A DNA stretch of 57,671 nt from a virus (lineage: Duplodnaviria; Caudoviricetes), in IMG/VR virus record IMGVR_UViG_3300037198_000035, positions 1 through 57,671 of that record; one strand, 5' to 3'. The translations under genes and the position numbers were made by a program. Under the pieces are notes generated by a model that worked only from the letters and a program-made list of their open reading frames with translations, had not been told where the DNA came from and searched no databases. Shown one piece after another: positions 34,240-44,190 of this stretch. Numbering within the stretch: position 1 is the first letter of the stretch; every line of letters starts with the position of its first letter.

Positions 34240-36491
34240 TCCCTTTCAAGCGGCTGTCTGGATTGGCGGGCAATGTCAGCCACGGTCTTGATATTCTGCC
34301 GTTGCTGGTCGGCGACAAACGCGGTGTCCTTGTGACGGCGCTTCTGCATCTCGGCAAGCTCCTTCGCCTTAAGTTTCTGCTGAGTCTCGGCGGTCTTGCC
34401 TTGAATCTTGGCTTGGGTTTCCATCATCATTTTCTGGATGTCACCATTGCCATTCTGCTGCTGCTGTTTCTGCATCTCCATTTGAAGATGCTGCTGCAAC
34501 TTTTTGATTTCGTTGTTCAACTGGTTCAACGCCTTGGCAAATTCCTTCATCTTCGGCTCGTTGCCGGTGTCGCCCTGCATTCCCTGAACCAGTTTCTCGA
34601 TGGTGGCGGCAGTGTTTTGCAGGCCGATAAGTTCTTCGGGTTTGGGAATTTTGGTTGTCTGTTCAATCATGGCCACCTTGCGGACGGCCAGTTCCAACAG
34701 GGTTTGAATCTGTTCAATGGGATTCAATCCTTCGGGAACGATGTAGGGCATTCCCAACATCAAGGACGGGAACGCGGCGGCGGCGGCGCTGGCGGCTGTG
34801 GAAATTGATTTCTTGTCCGATTTGAACCAACGGCGGGCACGTGCCGTTCCGATCATGGACACGGCTGCATCGTGGGTCATCTCCTGCTGCGATGACGGGT
34901 CGGCAAGCGGACGTAACTGCATGACATTCTGGGATTCAACCATTGCCATCGTTGGGTCGCCGTTGCCAAGTGGAGCGGTTATTTCAACGCGCCATTTTCT
35001 AACATCGAGCCAGGCTTGGGGAATGCCTTCTTGTTTGCAGGCTTTTTGAAAGGCGATCACATCTTCGTCATCGGAATTTGGCAGACAGAAACGGCGGCAT
35101 ATTTCCTGACAGGCGGTTTTTTCAAATGCCTTGGCCATGTTCATAATGCCACTTTTCATGGCGTTGTTTTGCTGCACCTTAACGCCCGTCTCGAAAGCCG
35201 TCTGTTCGCGAGCAGTTCCGTTGTCAATGCTCTGCGTGTATGCTGTGGACGCTTCGGCTTGAAGTTGTTTGGTCTGCGCCATTACGCTCTCAATGAGATT
35301 GGCGTCAACCTGATGGCGCTCTGCTGCGGGCACGATGCTGATTCCCGGCTTGAGGACTGACAGATTTTGGAATGTCTGCACCGTTGCTTTTGCCCGGTCA
35401 ACCGGGTCGGAGATTCGGAGCAGTATGTTGAATTGGTCAAGCGTATGTTGCAACAACCGGCAGCGGGTAAAGTCCGTCCAATAACACGGCTCAAAAAGGG
35501 CAAAACCGAGTGAGCGGACGGAATGATAAAGCAGCGGGGCTTTATTGTTCAGGTCGGCAAACTGGACGTGCAGGATTTCACGCCAGCTATCAGCAACTTC
35601 TCCCTCGCTTTTGCAGATGAACTTTTCACTGGTTTCCGCCGTTACTCCTGACGTGGTGTTTTCCGGCACCACCTTCAAAAACCATTTTCCCTTGTCGTCT
35701 TTGTGGTAGAAATGCCATAGATTGATGGTGGGCATGGCATCGCCCGACCAGTAACCGGAATTTTGTTTTCGCAATTCCTCGAACTTTTCCGGCACGGTTT
35801 CAAAATCATAATTATTTTCCGCCATCGTCGCCTTGCACTGGTCAACATTTTTGAGGATGTCGGCGACGGATTTTTTATCCCAAATGAACTTGCTGCGTGT
35901 TTTGGAAAATGCCTTTTGTGACAGTTCTCCGGGCGAATAGGGGATTCGGGCGGCAAACCAAGTCAGATTGCGAAAGCTGATTTCCGTGTCCGTGGCAATC
36001 CTCAAATCCTCAATGGCAAGATAGCGCGGAAGCCATGAGTATTTATCTTCCCACAGCATAGGCCCGATGCCATGCGCGGCAACCGCCTTCCATTTGGATA
36101 AATGCAACATGAAATAATCCATCTGGCGCGGCCCCTCTTTCATGCAATTATTGATGAACTCAGTGATGAAGCCGCCCCAGTCAGCGCGCGATTCTTCCGG
36201 GGCTTTTGGAATGGCGATGGTGCAATAGGTGTCTTGGGATGTAAAATTGGTCAGGAATTGGCGCGATGCGCTGGCCAGCGCAATCATAAATTCCCCCCAC
36301 CGATTGAAAATCTTCATGCCAATTTTCTTGGCTTCTTCGTCAGATACAAGCGGTTCGTTGTTCGCGGCCCGATTTATTAACACCCGGTTTTTGCCGCGCT
36401 CGGTTTCAACATCATCGCCGGATTGAATCGTTTCTAAAACCTTCTTGGGGTCTTCCCAACTGGCCGACCCATTTTCATTTTCATCAGTCAT
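34236..36491 (-). CDS. putative portal protein
   Basis: 751 aa downstream of the terminase; REQTAFE tunnel-like motif; long Gln-rich C-terminal helix as in P22-like portals. Confidence 0.72.
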   Translation of the reverse strand: MTDENENGSASWEDPKKVLETIQSGDDVETERGKNRVLINRAANNEPLVSDEEAKKIGMKIFNRWGEFMIALASASRQFLTNFTSQDTYCTIAIPKAPEESRADWGGFITEFINNCMKEGPRQMDYFMLHLSKWKAVAAHGIGPMLWEDKYSWLPRYLAIEDLRIATDTEISFRNLTWFAARIPYSPGELSQKAFSKTRSKFIWDKKSVADILKNVDQCKATMAENNYDFETVPEKFEELRKQNSGYWSGDAMPTINLWHFYHKDDKGKWFLKVVPENTTSGVTAETSEKFICKSEGEVADSWREILHVQFADLNNKAPLLYHSVRSLGFALFEPCYWTDFTRCRLLQHTLDQFNILLRISDPVDRAKATVQTFQNLSVLKPGISIVPAAERHQVDANLIESVMAQTKQLQAEASTAYTQSIDNGTAREQTAFETGVKVQQNNAMKSGIMNMAKAFEKTACQEICRRFCLPNSDDEDVIAFQKACKQEGIPQAWLDVRKWRVEITAPLGNGDPTMAMVESQNVMQLRPLADPSSQQEMTHDAAVSMIGTARARRWFKSDKKSISTAASAAAAAFPSLMLGMPYIVPEGLNPIEQIQTLLELAVRKVAMIEQTTKIPKPEELIGLQNTAATIEKLVQGMQGDTGNEPKMKEFAKALNQLNNEIKKLQQHLQMEMQKQQQQNGNGDIQKMMMETQAKIQGKTAETQQKLKAKELAEMQKRRHKDTAFVADQQRQNIKTVADIARQSRQPLERE

Positions 36492-36495
36492 AAAA

Positions 36496-36819
36496 TCAGG
36501 AAGTTGTTACCGGATTGCCGCAGGTCGGGCAGTTCTTTTGGAAGAAAACATGGGTTGAACGTGCGGCTTCAAATGTTGAATCGGTTTCGCGGCAGAATTG
36601 GGGATTGTTGTTAAGCTGGCGGCAGAGGAAGGTGTCAACGTCCTCCAGGGATTCACCAAGACTGGCACGTCGAAGGTTGTTTCCGATGCGAAAGTCACTG
36701 ACAGACTTTGCGACATCCTCGATTGACGGACGCTGTTTGAAGGAATGACGGATTTCATCAGTCTGCTCATAACGATAGCTTCCCGGCGGTGCGACATTGT
36801 AAGATTTCAGTATCCACAT
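36496..36819 (-). CDS. hypothetical protein between terminase and portal
   Basis: probable start MWILKS; PPGSYRY and terminal CPTCG. Confidence 0.65.
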   Translation of the reverse strand: MWILKSYNVAPPGSYRYEQTDEIRHSFKQRPSIEDVAKSVSDFRIGNNLRRASLGESLEDVDTFLCRQLNNNPQFCRETDSTFEAARSTHVFFQKNCPTCGNPVTTS

Positions 36820-36821
36820 GG

Positions 36822-38588
36822 TTAATGTTTTAAGAGTCCCGCATTTATTGCAGCGTCCCACTCTTTTACCTCTTTGTCAAAGTAATCCTCGTCAGGTTTG
36901 CTGGATTGAACCTCGCGCCCGATTCGCTCAATCCTGAAACCGAGTCGGCGAGCGCCCTCAAGGGCGATTGCAAAATAATCGTAAAGGTCGGGACTTTTCT
37001 TTACCCGCTCCTTCATGTCGTCCTTAGATTCGACCTCGACCTTATTTCCGGCCACGATTCTGAAAAGCCGCAACTGGCCCTCTTGTGCAACTGGCATGGA
37101 AAGATTTCTGACCTGATTAGATTCAATGGCCTCGCGTGTGGAAAACCACATCTCTGTAACAAATTTCGAGTAATGTTCCTTGCATGTTTTTAGGCGTCTC
37201 TCGCCATTTTTTTCATCAATGAACAAATCAAATCTGACGGGCCTCTCGGTGGTCGGCGCGCCGGAATCAACTGGTATTGGGCAGGTGCTTCCAAACTTCT
37301 TGGCGAATGAATTGCCAAGCGTTCCCCGGCCAAATGAATCGTAAAAGAAATTCTCAGGCGGGATGTTGAGTCGTTTGTGTTGGTTAAAAATAAACTCAGC
37401 AATCTGATCTTCTGGCTCAATGCCGCAATTTAGTCGGATAGGAATTATTTCAGGAGTTCCAACGGCAAAGATGATATTGCCGTCCTTGTCCTCTCCAAAT
37501 TCGCACTCACCGCCAACGCAGCGGTCGCCTCCACCAAATGCTGGATCACAGGAGAAAAGTTTCGTCCGAGCCGTCCCTTTCCAAGCGGCGGATTCAAATG
37601 CGTGATGCTTCTCACACAGGCCAATGGTGATGACTCGGTTTGAAACCATGCCGCGAGACGGCTTCCCAATGGCTTGCTGGAAATACTGCCACGAATCAAG
37701 CCCATGAGTTGAAGCCATCAAGTCAATGAACTTTTGGGTTATGAGATAGGGGTAACGATTCTTCGGCTCATCGTTGTTTGGCGTATCGCGCCCGTCAAAC
37801 GCAACGACATGGGCATCATACCAGCGCGAAGTCCATTCTTGAGTCTTGCCGGTGTCAATGAACGAATCCCAACCGCCCCTTGGTTCGGCGGCAGTGCAGA
37901 GCGGGTCTGAAATGTCGGTCGGATTTCCGCCCATGACTCCCTTGAAACCGTCGTTCACCATCCAATTTGCGTAGGCGTCCAGAAAGGAGGATTCCATTAC
38001 AGCCGCCTCGTCGCCGTAATGAACCATTATGCCGTCGTTTTTCCCCGGAGAATTTGGTGGCTTTGAACCTTGAAACTTTCCCATTCCGACAAATCTGCCA
38101 TTGGACACACAGGCAACCGTTCCGATTCCGTGGTCAAGGGTGCGGGCGACTTCATTTTCGTCGTCAATGTCGTCCGGGGTGATTTGACGCTTTGAGTCGA
38201 GGACAAATCCTTCGAGCCAAGAAAATCTTTCCCGGCCACGGTTGAACATCTTTTTCAACCGTCCCCAGACCTTTCGTTCCAGAGAAATGATGTCTGTTGT
38301 GGAAAGGATGCCAAGAGAAGTTTGGGGAAAAACCCAAAAGTTAATCAGTGCGTGAACGGTGAAAAGGTAGGTCTTGTTAGTGGATGCCGCGCCCAGAAAC
38401 ACCGTGACTTTGTTTTCACAAATCCGGGTCAATCCCAAGACAAACCAGCGGTGCTGGTCGTCCTCTGGCCAAATCAATTTGTGTGCGGCAAGATAATGTT
38501 TAACCACTCCCGGCTTTCCATACCCTCGCCGGATGGCGTCAAATTCTCTCGCCAGCGCGAATTCTTCCGCCGAGTATTGGTCTGACAC
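36822..38588 (-). CDS. terL: terminase large subunit
   Basis: Walker A GAASTNKT, Walker B HYGDEAA, coupling motif GGNP, nuclease CDPAFGGGD and KSPDLYD. Confidence 0.9.
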   Translation of the reverse strand: MSDQYSAEEFALAREFDAIRRGYGKPGVVKHYLAAHKLIWPEDDQHRWFVLGLTRICENKVTVFLGAASTNKTYLFTVHALINFWVFPQTSLGILSTTDIISLERKVWGRLKKMFNRGRERFSWLEGFVLDSKRQITPDDIDDENEVARTLDHGIGTVACVSNGRFVGMGKFQGSKPPNSPGKNDGIMVHYGDEAAVMESSFLDAYANWMVNDGFKGVMGGNPTDISDPLCTAAEPRGGWDSFIDTGKTQEWTSRWYDAHVVAFDGRDTPNNDEPKNRYPYLITQKFIDLMASTHGLDSWQYFQQAIGKPSRGMVSNRVITIGLCEKHHAFESAAWKGTARTKLFSCDPAFGGGDRCVGGECEFGEDKDGNIIFAVGTPEIIPIRLNCGIEPEDQIAEFIFNQHKRLNIPPENFFYDSFGRGTLGNSFAKKFGSTCPIPVDSGAPTTERPVRFDLFIDEKNGERRLKTCKEHYSKFVTEMWFSTREAIESNQVRNLSMPVAQEGQLRLFRIVAGNKVEVESKDDMKERVKKSPDLYDYFAIALEGARRLGFRIERIGREVQSSKPDEDYFDKEVKEWDAAINAGLLKH

Positions 38589-38594
38589 GATGAA

Positions 38595-38632
38595 AATTTA
38601 CCGTTGCAAAAATGGATGTCAAGTGGTATAGC
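38595..38632. promoter_or_regulatory. overlapping divergent promoters for the packaging and tail operons
   Basis: minus TTGACA (38622-38617)-16-TAAATT, 6 nt before the terL GTG; plus TTGCAA (38604)-17-TATAGC, 7 nt before ATG 38640. Confidence 0.6.
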
Positions 38633-38639
38633 AGATTGC

Positions 38640-38858
38640 ATGAGCGCAATTTCACTTGTTCCGGTATCGGAATTCAGTATTGGAAATCTGCCGGTCGCCG
38701 CCAATCCACCGCTGTCTTACGATGTCACGCTTGGAACGCCAACCTTTCAGCAAATCTCCCCGCCGTTCACCAATTTAGTGGCACACATTGACGAAACCAA
38801 CGGAGTCGGGCCGTCCTATGTCTGGAACACAACTTCGGGAGAGTGGAAACAAATATGA
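38640..38858 (+). CDS. small tail-fibre adaptor-like protein
   Basis: 72 aa, terminal YVWNTTSGEW motif. Confidence 0.6.
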   Translation: MSAISLVPVSEFSIGNLPVAANPPLSYDVTLGTPTFQQISPPFTNLVAHIDETNGVGPSYVWNTTSGEWKQI

Positions 38859-39616
38859 AAAAAATTCTCTGGCTTATTGTTTTTCTGTCGCCGTTCGTCG
38901 CCAAGGCGGATTGGTATGCGTCTCAGTCGTGGGTAATCAACTACGTTGCGACCCACTCGGCTGCTGCGCCAGTGCTATCACAGTCTCAGTCAAACATTCT
39001 CAACTCTGCCGTAACCAACGCCGCTGGTGGGAATCTTTCATTTCAAAGCGGAAGCTACCAGCCGGTTTCTAACAATTTCACCTCCTACGGTTATCAAACC
39101 ATCTTGAACAACAACATGAAGTTGGGAGCGGATGCGTTTGGAACCCTGACGATAAACAGCCTAAAGTCGTTCGGATTTACGGGATTCCCATACAACAATC
39201 AGGACTATCTCTACGGTTTGAATTGGCTGGCGTATTCGGCTCCGGCCACAAATGTTTTCACTGTCATAGTGGGTGGTGGCGTTTCAGAGATTGATTTCTC
39301 AACAACTCCAACCGTTACTCCGGGGACAACGATCAACTGGATGATTGACGGGTATGGAAACCTTCAACCCAAATCCGCAAGTTCTGCCATTACGCTTGGC
39401 TCTGCCACCAACCGAGTGTCAACCGGATATTTTTCAAACTTGGACGCCGCCGCATCCATCAAGACGGCGGTTATCACGAACGGCAACATGATTCTTTGGA
39501 GCAGCACAAATGTCGCGCCGCCAAACGGAAATCCGAATTACATCTGGTTGGCAACCTCGACCAATGCGCCGGGATTTTTCTTTGTCAGCAGCAACGGAGT
39601 TTGGGCGAAAAAATGA
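38855..39616 (+). CDS. signal-peptide-bearing fibre-like protein
   Basis: MKKILWLIVFLSPFVAKA; YASQSWV; G.L.P....ITLGSATNR; terminal FFVSSNGVW. Confidence 0.65.
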   Translation: MKKILWLIVFLSPFVAKADWYASQSWVINYVATHSAAAPVLSQSQSNILNSAVTNAAGGNLSFQSGSYQPVSNNFTSYGYQTILNNNMKLGADAFGTLTINSLKSFGFTGFPYNNQDYLYGLNWLAYSAPATNVFTVIVGGGVSEIDFSTTPTVTPGTTINWMIDGYGNLQPKSASSAITLGSATNRVSTGYFSNLDAAASIKTAVITNGNMILWSSTNVAPPNGNPNYIWLATSTNAPGFFFVSSNGVWAKK

Positions 39617-39617
39617 T

Positions 39618-40787
39618 ATGGCTGGCGAAAAACGCATCTACGGATTCTTGAAGTCGTTTCCGAAGGGAATCAATTCAGACGTTGACCCCTTACTTTTACC
39701 TCCTGACCAGCTTTCCTTCGCCACCAACGCCACGGTGCGCGGTGATTTTGTAACGCAGCGACCGCCATTCAAAAATCTTCCTCTCAATTTTGCAGACTCT
39801 CAAACTCAAACAGATTTTCAGACCGGACTTTTTCAAGGAGCGTGTTACTACCGGAACGGGGCGAATGGTTTCATCATGGCGGCTGTCGGAGGAAACCTTT
39901 TCCAAATCATTTTTGATTCCAGCGGGATGCCCACCGTTTACGAAATACCACTTGGTGCATCGCCAGTTCCATTACAAGTTCCGTCAGTTCCGACCGGATT
40001 GGTTGCAACAGCCGGAAACGCTCAGGTCGGCTTGGCTTGGTTCGCAGCCAATAACGCGACAACTTACACCGTTCTTCGGTCAACCGTATCTGGCTCTGAA
40101 ACTTCACTGGCCACACTGGTTTCTGGAACATCATACACCGATACAACGGCAGTAAATGGAACAACTTATTTTTACACCGTCATATCCGTCAATGCCGCCG
40201 GAACCAGTGCGGCCTCAAATGAGGCAAGCGCATCCCCGTTCGTTCCCGCCACTGCGCCACCTGCGCCAACAAACCTTATAGCGGCGGCAGGAAACGCACA
40301 GGTTGGATTGACATGGAACGCATCGGCAACTGCGGTCAGTTACGCCGTGTTGCGTTCGGTTACGGGCGGCAGTGGATATGTTGTGCTTGCCGGGGCAACG
40401 GCACTCACAGTCCTGAACTGGACTGATTCCACGGCGGTTAATGGAACGGCCTACTATTACGTTGTGACGGCCACAAACGCAGTTGGAACCAGTGGAAACT
40501 CTAATCAGGCGAGTGCAACGCCAGTCGCTCCGGTTCAAGTTTTTTCCATTGCGTTGGTCAGTGTCGTTTCAAACAACCCAGGACTACTTTGTGCGGCCCC
40601 CACTAGTATAATAATTTATGGAACCGGAACTACGGTTGGAACCATGACGCAAGCGGCGACATCAAATAATGCGAACATAACAATTCAAGCTACGATGGTC
40701 AGTCCAAACTCAATAACATTGGGGATGCACATTTACATAGCTGACGGATTTGCTTCATTCGCCGGAGTTGTAAACACAATTACCTAA
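39618..40787 (+). CDS. tail nozzle N-terminal part fused to two fibronectin type III domains
   Basis: GINSDVDPLLLPPDQ...NATVRG start; two PTGLVATAGNAQVGLAW...YTV.R...YTDTTAVNGTTYFY.V repeats. Confidence 0.75.
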   Translation: MAGEKRIYGFLKSFPKGINSDVDPLLLPPDQLSFATNATVRGDFVTQRPPFKNLPLNFADSQTQTDFQTGLFQGACYYRNGANGFIMAAVGGNLFQIIFDSSGMPTVYEIPLGASPVPLQVPSVPTGLVATAGNAQVGLAWFAANNATTYTVLRSTVSGSETSLATLVSGTSYTDTTAVNGTTYFYTVISVNAAGTSAASNEASASPFVPATAPPAPTNLIAAAGNAQVGLTWNASATAVSYAVLRSVTGGSGYVVLAGATALTVLNWTDSTAVNGTAYYYVVTATNAVGTSGNSNQASATPVAPVQVFSIALVSVVSNNPGLLCAAPTSIIIYGTGTTVGTMTQAATSNNANITIQATMVSPNSITLGMHIYIADGFASFAGVVNTIT

Positions 40788-40788
40788 C

Positions 40789-43359
40789 ATGCCCACCAAC
40801 TCACCATCCGCAGTTAAAAACTGGCTTCGACAGGCCGAACAGTTTTTGATTTGGAATGACGGCATAAATCTGCCGGTGATATGGGACGGAAATTCGGCGC
40901 GGCGTTCACTTGGGCCGTCAACTCCCGGCGCGGGACTGACTTCGCTGGCAACCATAGCCGCCAGCAATTCAAACGGTGACGGGTGGAATCCCCCGCCGAT
41001 AAACCAATACATTTCACTGTTGCTCAATGCGCCATACACCGGCCCGATTGGGATTCCTGTTCTAATAAATACTGCAACCTACTATCTGCAAAGCGCGTCC
41101 ACTCTTTCCGGCGCATCTGGGTTGAACTATTTGGTGTTTGGGATTGTTTCGGGTTCAGGCTCAGACGCAATTCCAGTCGGCAGCAAGTTTTCTATCAACA
41201 ACAAGATTTGTGGGGCGATTCTTTCGGCGGCGGATGGGAGTGGCAATCCCATTTCTGCTTGGCCCCAAATTCCGAGTTCAACCCCTCCTTCAACTTTGAC
41301 CTGCATTGTGGGCGGTCAAATGACAAGTTTTGCAATCGGAATTGGTTTTGACTTCAAAGACTACACAATCGGAAAAACCCATGCTCATGGGATTGTAGAT
41401 GCGGTAGCTTTTAATTCCACAACAAATCAGACAACAGTTACTTGGAGGAATCCGCTCGGCTCTTCTGACCAATCGGCCACGTCAACAGTTAATAAACTCA
41501 TTTACGGAGGCTCAACTTGGGTTGTGGTTTCGTGGAATCTTACAAATTTTCCTTCGATTGCTCCAGCAGTTGTTCCAAATTATGTCATTTTAACATTGAC
41601 TCAATCCTTTCGTGGCAATGTTGGCGACACGCTTCAAATCGGAACCGCGTTGATGACAGTTTCGGTAATAAATGGAACAAAAGTAACGTGCCAGATGCAG
41701 ACAAACGGACAGCAAGCCATCCCATTCATCGCCTCGGTATCCACCGTTCCGACAACCGCCCTGCTTTTGATGGACAATACAGCAAGCGGCGGTCTGACAA
41801 CGGTGGCAACCTACCCTGAGACTGGGCCAAACGGAGCGCAATCAGCCACGACGGTAACTGGATTGGCGGGCGGAGTTTATTGTCAGCCCGGCAGCGTCGT
41901 TCCGGCGGCGGGTATGGTGGTTCAGGTCACAAATCCGACCACGAATGTAACAGACACTTTGTTCATCACCAGTTCAAGTGGGGCGGCTCCCGGCCAAACA
42001 TCTTATTTCGTCCTGTTGAAAAATCTGAATGACACAAGCGGAAGCAGTAACACGGCGGGGACAGCCTATTCGATAGCGGCGGGAACTCCAATCTACTCGC
42101 TTCCCGAACTTCCGGTAGGAACCGTTTTGGTTTATGGCATGGGCCGGATTTGGATGGCACTTCCTGACGGACAGCATTTCATCGGGGGCGACATTGTGGG
42201 CGCTCCATCCGGCAGCAACTCTCCGCCGACAAATTACAATTTTGCCGACGCCATTCTCAAAATCAGCCAGAACTTTCTTCTGGCTGGCGGAACTACATTT
42301 TCAATTCCCGGCTCTGGGGAAACAATTTGCGCGATGGCATTTGTGCAGCAGCTTAACGTCGCGCTTGGACAGGGGCCGCTGATGGTGTTCACCGATGACA
42401 CGGTGTTTTCCTGTCAGGCTCCGACCGATGCAACAACTTGGTCGAACCTCACCAGCCCGATTTTGACCGAGGCGTTGCTTGGGTCGGGCGGAATATCAGA
42501 CGACGATGTTTCTCCCTGCAATGCGGATTTGATTTTCCGAACTTCCGATGGAGGGATTCAGTCCCTTCAAATGGCCACCCTCGCCTTTGTGCAGTGGGGG
42601 AACACTCCAATCAGCAAGGAAGTTTCTCGCAGCATCCAAAACGACGACCCCACACTACTGCCATTCAGCAAGAGCATCATTTTCAACAATCGCCGACTGA
42701 CAACCTGCCAGTTCCAACAGGCGGCGCGCGGAGTCTATGGCCCGGCGATGGTGTCGCTTAATTTCGACCCTAACAGTTCACTTTCAGGGAAAGCTCCTTC
42801 AGTTTGGGAATCGGAATGGAACGGGTTGAACGTGCTGGAATTCATCGTGGGGAGATTCAACGGCTCGATTCGGTGTTACGCGCTCTGTTTGTCCGACGAC
42901 TTGTCGCAGATTGAACTTCACCAAATCCAACTCGACGATGACGGTTATCTCGACGACGGAGTGACGCCGATTACGATGACCGCCGAAAGTCCGATGCTGT
43001 TTCCTGAAAAACCGAATGCGGCGCGGGAATACAAGCGGCTGGCGAATGGCGAATTTTCGGTGAAGAACATCGTCGCTGACGTGGACTACTCATGGTGGTA
43101 TCGTTCCGACCAAAATCCGAACTGGACGCTTTGGTATTCCTCGACCATCAAATATCAGGGCGCGAGTGACCCCGGCTATCGCCGCAGAATCTCGATTGGT
43201 ATGCCTGGCCCAAAAAAGTTTGATGCGACCAACAACCAACCCTTGCGCGAGGGTTACAATTTTCAGGTCAAACTTTCTTTCACCGGACAGGCGACATTGA
43301 CCAATGCAAGATTTGCTGCCGATTTAATTCCCGAACCTACATTTGCCGAACCAAAATGA
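40789..43359 (+). CDS. tail nozzle / packaged-DNA stabilisation protein (remaining part)
   Basis: beta-propeller-like segments (QAEQFLIWNDG, YGMGRIW, DLIFRTSDG, PISKEV, FNNRRL) and terminal GYNFQVKL. Confidence 0.65.
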   Translation: MPTNSPSAVKNWLRQAEQFLIWNDGINLPVIWDGNSARRSLGPSTPGAGLTSLATIAASNSNGDGWNPPPINQYISLLLNAPYTGPIGIPVLINTATYYLQSASTLSGASGLNYLVFGIVSGSGSDAIPVGSKFSINNKICGAILSAADGSGNPISAWPQIPSSTPPSTLTCIVGGQMTSFAIGIGFDFKDYTIGKTHAHGIVDAVAFNSTTNQTTVTWRNPLGSSDQSATSTVNKLIYGGSTWVVVSWNLTNFPSIAPAVVPNYVILTLTQSFRGNVGDTLQIGTALMTVSVINGTKVTCQMQTNGQQAIPFIASVSTVPTTALLLMDNTASGGLTTVATYPETGPNGAQSATTVTGLAGGVYCQPGSVVPAAGMVVQVTNPTTNVTDTLFITSSSGAAPGQTSYFVLLKNLNDTSGSSNTAGTAYSIAAGTPIYSLPELPVGTVLVYGMGRIWMALPDGQHFIGGDIVGAPSGSNSPPTNYNFADAILKISQNFLLAGGTTFSIPGSGETICAMAFVQQLNVALGQGPLMVFTDDTVFSCQAPTDATTWSNLTSPILTEALLGSGGISDDDVSPCNADLIFRTSDGGIQSLQMATLAFVQWGNTPISKEVSRSIQNDDPTLLPFSKSIIFNNRRLTTCQFQQAARGVYGPAMVSLNFDPNSSLSGKAPSVWESEWNGLNVLEFIVGRFNGSIRCYALCLSDDLSQIELHQIQLDDDGYLDDGVTPITMTAESPMLFPEKPNAAREYKRLANGEFSVKNIVADVDYSWWYRSDQNPNWTLWYSSTIKYQGASDPGYRRRISIGMPGPKKFDATNNQPLREGYNFQVKLSFTGQATLTNARFAADLIPEPTFAEPK

Positions 43360-44177
43360 GAAATTCAATCATCATGCCGGTCGGAACCATTGTTGGTTCG
43401 GTGACATCAACGCTTCCGGTTCAGACATTCACTGACTCGATCTCCGACCTTTTCATTTCAGGAACCGTTACGGTGAATGTCATCCGGGCGAGCGCGAACA
43501 CCCTAAAATATGACGCGCTGGACGTTGGCTCGGCGCAGAGAATCATCCAGCAAATTAACAAGGCGATGAGTGGCGGCGGCGGGTTGATTGCTATTGTGGA
43601 TACTCCATCTCCGGCCATTCCTTCAGGACTGGCGGCAACAGCGAAAACTTTGGAGATAGACTTGGGCTGGACTTATGCGGTTCCGGCAGCAAGCCAATAT
43701 AACGTCTATCGCTCGACAACTTCTGGCGGGCCATACGCCCTGATAGGCTCGTCAACCACGAACTTTTACAACGATGTCGGCCTGACGGTGGTGCAGGAGT
43801 ATTTCTACGTCATTACCAGCGTGTTGAACGGATTAGAGAGTGCATATTCAGCAGAGGTTGGGACAACGCCAAGCGCCCCGCCGACACCAACATTTGCCAG
43901 CGTAACTCCCGACACAATGGCGTCAAGTTCTACAACCCCATTTGCACTTGCTGGCACTGGGCTGTCTTTCATTAACCAAATCAAGTTGGACAACAGCCTT
44001 GGAAATCCGCCTTATATTGTTCCTCCCTTTACCGTGGTTCCGTCTTCGGTTAGCTCAACTGAAATTGATTTTACGGTTCCAAGCGGAGCATTGTTTCCAA
44101 GTTACTTCACCGTTTATTATTCAATAGATAATGGAACGACGTGGACAACCACAGGATTGACAATCCATACAACATAA
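43356..44177 (+). CDS. virion protein with FN3 and IPT/TIG-like domains
   Basis: PSGLAA...L.W...YNVYRS...YFYVITS...ES.YS; PTFASVTP...GTGL. Confidence 0.75.
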   Translation: MRNSIIMPVGTIVGSVTSTLPVQTFTDSISDLFISGTVTVNVIRASANTLKYDALDVGSAQRIIQQINKAMSGGGGLIAIVDTPSPAIPSGLAATAKTLEIDLGWTYAVPAASQYNVYRSTTSGGPYALIGSSTTNFYNDVGLTVVQEYFYVITSVLNGLESAYSAEVGTTPSAPPTPTFASVTPDTMASSSTTPFALAGTGLSFINQIKLDNSLGNPPYIVPPFTVVPSSVSSTEIDFTVPSGALFPSYFTVYYSIDNGTTWTTTGLTIHTT

Positions 44178-44190
44178 TGGAATGTGACTT

